A stretch of DNA of 64,000 nt from assembly GCA_045538685.1 (NCBI GenBank), contig JAZSRX010000008.1, positions 1,982 to 65,981 of the forward strand, given 5' to 3'. Shown piece after piece: positions 59,316 to 64,000 of the stretch. Origin of the DNA: Eubacteriales bacterium (lineage in GTDB: Bacteria; Bacillota; Clostridia; Oscillospirales; CAG-272). The translations under genes were made by a program, and so were the position numbers. Position 1 is the first letter of the stretch, and each line of letters starts with the position of its first letter. The notes beneath the pieces were generated by a model. The model saw only the letters and a program-made list of their open reading frames with translations. It ran no database searches and was not told the origin of the DNA.

Positions 59316-60089
59316 TTAAAAACCGACCGATACTATATCAGACACTCTGCCGGTAGATGTGTCAATTGTAAAAATAACTCCATCTGCGTGGCATTTGCCC
59401 GAGGCAGCCTTAAAATTGTGAGGAAGATTTGAACGCATACGAAGAACAACCGTCTCTGCATCCATACCCAATATTCCCTCGCTTTCGCCACACATTCCAA
59501 CATCGCTGATATATCCGCTTCCGTTGGGAAGAATACGTCTGTCAGCCGTTTGAACGTGTGTATGTGTGCCGAAAATTACATTAATTTTGCCATCATAGGC
59601 ATATCCGATGGCAAGTTTTTCGCCCGTTGCCTCTGCGTGAATATCGAGAATAGCAAAATCATAATTTCCATTCTCAGACACAAGCAGTTTATCAATGTAG
59701 GTGAATGGAGAATCAAGCACAGGTGTCATATTAACTCTTCCGAGTGCATTGATAACCATAACGCGATAACCGAGACAGTCGATAATCGTATATCCGTGGC
59801 CTGGTGCGTCGTCACCAAAGTTCAAGGGCCTTAAAATCTCGGAGGTATCGTCAAGATAAGTGTAAGCACGTTTGTTGCGAAGTGTGTGGTTGCCTCCTGT
59901 AATACAGTCTGCTCCCGAGCGGAGCAAAATCTCTGCAAGCTCGGCGGAAATTCCTGTAACAAAGGATGCATTTTCTCCGTTTACAACGCAAAGGTCAATT
60001 CCGTTTTTCTCTCTGAATTTCCAAAGATTTCTTTTAAGATGTTCAATTCCCGAAGGACTTGTAACATCTCCGATAACGAGTATTTTCAA
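59316..60089 (-). CDS. ymdB: YmdB-family metallophosphoesterase (2',3'-cyclic-nucleotide phosphodiesterase)
   Basis: MKILVIGDV..GENA..GNH..H.E.T.EK pattern. Located downstream of rny, as in Bacillus. Confidence 0.8.
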   Translation of the reverse strand: MKILVIGDVTSPSGIEHLKRNLWKFREKNGIDLCVVNGENASFVTGISAELAEILLRSGADCITGGNHTLRNKRAYTYLDDTSEILRPLNFGDDAPGHGYTIIDCLGYRVMVINALGRVNMTPVLDSPFTYIDKLLVSENGNYDFAILDIHAEATGEKLAIGYAYDGKINVIFGTHTHVQTADRRILPNGSGYISDVGMCGESEGILGMDAETVVLRMRSNLPHNFKAASGKCHADGVIFTIDTSTGRVSDIVSVGF

Positions 60090-60274
60090 AATAATTCTCT
60101 TTTCTATCCTGCTTTTGCAGGTAAAATATTTAATTGGACTGCCACGCTACCGCAACAGTCCAATTTTTACGCAAACAGCGTTGTTATTTAATAATATAAT
60201 GAAGTTCGATGATTTTAATCCGTCAAGCAAAAACTGCTGTGTCACGCATTAAAAACCAAAGCAATTCGCATTCA

Positions 60275-61822
60275 TTATTTAGCATAGTCAACGTGGCGAG
60301 ACTCGCGGATTACAGATACCTTGATCTGTCCGGGATAATCAAGCTCGTTTTCAATCTTCTTAGCTATGTCGCGTGCAAGAATCTTCATCTTGTCGTCAGA
60401 TACAACCTCGGGCTTAACCATAATTCTTACCTCACGACCTGCCTGAATTGCAAATGTCTTTACAACACCATCAAATTCGCCTGCAACCTCTCCAAGCTTC
60501 TGAAGTCGCTTAATATAGTTTTCAACGTCCTCGCGTCTTGCACCGGGTCTTGCAGCACTAATAGCATCGGCTGCCTGAATAATGAAATCAAGAGCACTCT
60601 TGGGCTCTACGTCATTGTGGTGTGCCTGAATGGAGTGGATAATATCCTTATTTTCACGGTACTTTGTGGCGATATCAACACCAAGCTGAACGTGAGAACC
60701 GTCAACCTCGGCGGTAACTGCCTTACCGATATCGTGAAGAAGACCTGCTCTGCGTGCCTGGGTAACGTCAACACCCATTTCCTCAGCCATAACACCCGCC
60801 AGCATAGAAACCTCTATAGAGTGGCGAAGAGCATTCTGACCGTAGGATGTACGGTACTTCATACGGCCAAGAAGCTTGATAAGCTCGGGGTGAAGTCCGT
60901 GTACACCTGTTTCGAAGATTGCCTTTTCTCCGGCCTTCTTGATCTCGATATCAACATCGCGACGTGCCTTTTCAACCATCTCCTCAATTCTTGCGGGATG
61001 GATTCGTCCGTCACTGATAAGCTTTTCAAGAGCAATTCTTGCAACCTCACGTCTTACGGGATCAAAACCGGAAACGGTAATAACGTCGGGAGTATCGTCA
61101 ATAATAAGCTCAACTCCGGTCAGATTTTCGATAGTACGGATATTTCTACCCTCACGACCGATAATTCTGCCCTTCATTTCATCACCGGGAATTTCAACAA
61201 CAGAAATCGCAATTTCGCTGACGTGGTCGGCAGCAAAACGCTGAATAGCGAGAGAAAGAATATCACGTGCCTTTGTATCGGCCTCATCCTTAAATCTTTC
61301 CTCGTACTCTGCAATCTTGAGTGCAGTTTCGTGCTGCATCTCGGAATCAAGTCTGTGTACAAGTTCTGCCTTTGCTTCCTCGCTGGTAAGACCTGCGATT
61401 TTTTCAAGCATAGCAAGCTGTCCCTGTAAAGTTTTGTTTACTTCTTCACGGGTTTTGTCGGCATCTGCAAGCTTTTCAGCAAGTGCAGCTTCCTTCTTTT
61501 CGATCTTTTCAAGCTTTGCATCAAGAGTTTCTTCCTTCTGGATGTTTCTGCGTTCCTGTCTGGAAACCTCTTTACGACGTTCATTAATGTCACGATCCGC
61601 TTCTTTCTTCAGCTCAAAAATCTCGCTTTTTGCAGAAAGAATAGATTCTTTCTTTGCATTTTCTGCATTCTTAATGGCATCCTCAAGAATCTTTTTCGCC
61701 TGCTCTTCGGCAGAGCCAATTTTCTTTTCGGCACCAATCTTGCGAAGTATAAATCCTAACGCCAGGCCAATGACCAAAGCGACTACAATCAAAACTATAG
61801 CAAGTATAAGATCAATTGTCAA
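60275..61822 (-). CDS. rny: ribonuclease Y
   Basis: N-terminal TM helix, coiled coil, KH domain ([10 protein letters not shown]) and HD domain (LLHDIGKA). Confidence 0.95.
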   Translation of the reverse strand: MTIDLILAIVLIVVALVIGLALGFILRKIGAEKKIGSAEEQAKKILEDAIKNAENAKKESILSAKSEIFELKKEADRDINERRKEVSRQERRNIQKEETLDAKLEKIEKKEAALAEKLADADKTREEVNKTLQGQLAMLEKIAGLTSEEAKAELVHRLDSEMQHETALKIAEYEERFKDEADTKARDILSLAIQRFAADHVSEIAISVVEIPGDEMKGRIIGREGRNIRTIENLTGVELIIDDTPDVITVSGFDPVRREVARIALEKLISDGRIHPARIEEMVEKARRDVDIEIKKAGEKAIFETGVHGLHPELIKLLGRMKYRTSYGQNALRHSIEVSMLAGVMAEEMGVDVTQARRAGLLHDIGKAVTAEVDGSHVQLGVDIATKYRENKDIIHSIQAHHNDVEPKSALDFIIQAADAISAARPGARREDVENYIKRLQKLGEVAGEFDGVVKTFAIQAGREVRIMVKPEVVSDDKMKILARDIAKKIENELDYPGQIKVSVIRESRHVDYAK

Positions 61823-62142
61823 TTTGCACCTCCTTCTGATTACATTTTTCTAATGTATATCAAGTAAATAATTTTTAGTAATATGGTGTACGTGCGTATA
61901 CGCACACTCATACAAATATAATTATATAATATATTTTCTTTAAAGTCAAGACTAATTTTGTCAAAAGAAATAAACTGCAGGTAAATTTATCTTTTTTACT
62001 GCAATTTTACTAAAAGATCTGCTGCATGACGATTTTCAAACCATAAAAAAACAAAAAACACTTTTTTTGCCAAAATTTTAGCACTTAACAGTTTTATTTG
62101 CGAATGTTCACAAAAAATTCATTAAAAAATCAACAAAAGTTC

Positions 62143-62171
62143 TTGACATATCCTATAAAATCGGTTATATT
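62143..62171 (+). promoter_or_regulatory. sigma-A promoter of the hrcA-grpE-dnaK operon
   Basis: TTGACA, 17 nt, TATATT. Confidence 0.7.
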
Positions 62172-62184
62172 ATATATGCTTCGA

Positions 62185-62211
62185 TTAGCACTCCAAAGAC
62201 ACAAGTGCTAA
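62185..62211 (+). promoter_or_regulatory. CIRCE operator (HrcA binding site)
   Basis: TTAGCACTC-N9-AAGTGCTAA, one mismatch from the consensus TTAGCACTC-N9-GAGTGCTAA. Lies between the promoter and the hrcA start. Confidence 0.85.
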
Positions 62212-62237
62212 AATTCGATCAAAAAGGAGGTATTAAA

Positions 62238-63299
62238 ATGGATGATTCACGACTTACACCGCGAAAAATGCAAATACTTAAAGCAATAGTTGATGCTCAT
62301 ATTGCAGGCGGCGAGCCCGTCGGATCAAAATACCTTTCGCAAGATGACAAGATTTCTTGCTCTCCCGCCACAATTCGAAATGAAATGGCAGAGCTTGAAG
62401 AAATGGGATATCTGCTTCAACCCCATACCTCAGCAGGAAGAATTCCCTCAGAACTGGCATACAGATATTATGTAGACGCACTTGTTCATCAGTACGCAAA
62501 CACCAGAGCAGAGATAGACGAGATCAACGAGACTCTCAGATACAAGCTTACCGAGATGGATGAAATTCTTTCAGAGGTTTCACGACTTGCGGCATCCTTC
62601 ACAAACTATACGGGTATTGCATTCAAGCCGGGTGCAGGCAAGGTAAGAATTATTCAGTTCAAAAGTGTTTTGCTGTCAAGCAAGGATTTCCTTCTTGTAA
62701 TGACATTCGAAGGCGATATTGTTAAGACTAAAACAATACATCTCCCCTTCTCTATCGGTGAAGACGGTCTGCGAAGATTTACAGAGGCACTTAATATCTA
62801 CCTCATCAATCAACCAAGCGACAGCATTACTATGCCAACCATTATGAAGCTTGAAGCAATAATGGGCTCGGCAGGTGCTATTGTTCATCCCACAGTAAAG
62901 GCAATTTACGAAACGATGAACGAGCTTGATACGGCAGATGTAAAGCTTGAAGGAATAACAAAGCTTCTTCAGTATCCCGAATATTCTGATATTTCGGATT
63001 TCAGAAATCTTATGGGAATGCTTGAAGAAAAGGAAAAATTCCTTGATGTTATCTCACGTGAGGCAGAGGATTCAGGCGATATTCACGTTTATATCGGCAC
63101 AGAGAACGAGTCGGATGCTATGAGAAACACCGCACTGATCTTCAAAAAGGTAAATATCGGCGGCAAGGAGTTTGCCGTAGGTGTTATCGGACCTAAGAGA
63201 ATGAACTACTCTAAGGTTATTGAGATGCTTAACGGACTGGCAAACGGAATTGATAAAATGTTCGGAACAGCAGCACTGCCGTCGCCGGATGAACTATAA
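62238..63299 (+). CDS. hrcA: heat-inducible transcription repressor HrcA
   Basis: ATG at 62238 with AAGGAGG upstream. N-terminus LTPRKMQILKAIVDAHIAGGEPVGSKYL. The longer ORF would start inside CIRCE. Confidence 0.9.
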   Translation: MDDSRLTPRKMQILKAIVDAHIAGGEPVGSKYLSQDDKISCSPATIRNEMAELEEMGYLLQPHTSAGRIPSELAYRYYVDALVHQYANTRAEIDEINETLRYKLTEMDEILSEVSRLAASFTNYTGIAFKPGAGKVRIIQFKSVLLSSKDFLLVMTFEGDIVKTKTIHLPFSIGEDGLRRFTEALNIYLINQPSDSITMPTIMKLEAIMGSAGAIVHPTVKAIYETMNELDTADVKLEGITKLLQYPEYSDISDFRNLMGMLEEKEKFLDVISREAEDSGDIHVYIGTENESDAMRNTALIFKKVNIGGKEFAVGVIGPKRMNYSKVIEMLNGLANGIDKMFGTAALPSPDEL

Positions 63300-63329
63300 A
63301 AAACGACTAACCGAAAGGATTTTTTACAA

Positions 63330-63860
63330 GTGGAAGAGAATAAGAACATTCCCGAAACTGCAGAAGAAGCAGTTGTTTCGGAAAAAAAAGATAAAAAAAG
63401 TCACAAGGGTGACAAAAAGCTTCTTTTAGAGATTGAAGAGCTTAAAGCAACAATAAAAGAGCTTGAGGACAAATATCTTCGTATGGCGGCAGAGTATGAT
63501 AATTTCAGACGCCGTTCCAGAGAAGAAAAGGATGCAATCTACGAAAATGCAATGGCAGATACAGTAAAAGAGTTGCTTCCTATTATTGATAATCTTGACA
63601 GAGCTGCCGGATTTACCGAGGGAGACAAGATTCTCGAAGGACTTGTTCTTACCGCAAAGGCAACATCCGAAGTATTTGCTAAAATGGGTGTTGAAGAATA
63701 CGGAAAGCCGGGCGATATATTTGATCCCAACATTCACAATGCCGTTTTTCATGTTGACGACGATGCTTATGGCGAGGGTGAAATCGTTGAAGTATTCCAG
63801 AAGGGATACAAAAAAGGAAAGCACATTATCAGATTTGCAATGGTAAAAACCGCAAATTAA
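63330..63860 (+). CDS. grpE: nucleotide exchange factor GrpE
   Basis: Motif LRMAAEYDNFRRRSREE, plus a C-terminal beta domain. Confidence 0.9.
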   Translation: MEENKNIPETAEEAVVSEKKDKKSHKGDKKLLLEIEELKATIKELEDKYLRMAAEYDNFRRRSREEKDAIYENAMADTVKELLPIIDNLDRAAGFTEGDKILEGLVLTAKATSEVFAKMGVEEYGKPGDIFDPNIHNAVFHVDDDAYGEGEIVEVFQKGYKKGKHIIRFAMVKTAN

Positions 63861-63926
63861 GTGTATTTTTCTAACTTAGCTTTACAAAAATAATATAAAA
63901 TATCTATATATTGGAGGAAAATTAAA

Positions 63927-64000
63927 ATGGGAAAAAGTATTGGTATTAATTTAGGTACAACCAATTCCTGCGTAGCAGTATTTGAGGGCGGCGAGCCCAT
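63927..64000 (+). CDS. dnaK: molecular chaperone DnaK (5' fragment, runs off the window)
   Basis: [24 protein letters not shown], with GGAGG upstream. Confidence 0.9.
   Translation, partial: MGKSIGINLGTTNSCVAVFEGGEP

Noticed and set aside
62078-62104. A possible second CIRCE element (ttagcactt-N9-atttgcgaa) upstream of the hrcA promoter.
   Set aside because: Only the left half-site matches. The right arm does not resemble GAGTGCTAA.

Overview
This 64-kb window looks like a chromosomal, mostly housekeeping region of a low-GC spore-forming Firmicute, probably Clostridia-like. That guess rests on cotF-like and spoIIE genes, AT-rich intergenic DNA and many consensus sigma-A promoters. I saw no transposase, integrase, CRISPR array, phage structural genes or recognisable defence genes. 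Recognisable content: cotF-like and spoIIE; an AsnC/Lrp regulator with an aminotransferase; a feoA-feoB operon with a Cys-rich partner gene; two convergent tRNA genes; pfkA; holA; two cyclophilin-type genes; asnA; a long pyr operon (pyrC-carB-pyrK-pyrD-pyrF-orf-pyrE-pyrB); a fused MacB-like ABC transporter; MATE, DegV and cysK genes; nrdD; rnhA between two large paralogous lipoproteins; trpS, maf and nth; tcdA, mnmG, ymdB and rny; and the start of the hrcA-grpE-dnaK operon with a CIRCE operator. Three things the gene list does not explain stand out. (1) The roughly 583-nt ORF-poor spacer between the two tRNAs is dense with hairpins and built from nested inverted and direct copies of both tRNA 3' ends. 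It is a candidate large structured RNA or a relic of a tRNA-targeted element. (2) Two arrays of 7-nt-periodic GAGU repeats (6 and 8 units) sit exactly at the carB/pyrK and pyrK/pyrD junctions of a pyr operon that has no leader attenuator. They could be an RNA-protein regulatory site. (3) The same 8-2-8 palindrome with a DtxR-like half-site occurs twice in the feo operon. Also noted: a PyrB fused to a PyrI-type zinc domain, and an MGS-like protein that has lost its catalytic residues. All calls come from reading the sequence and translations; no searches or folding computations were run.
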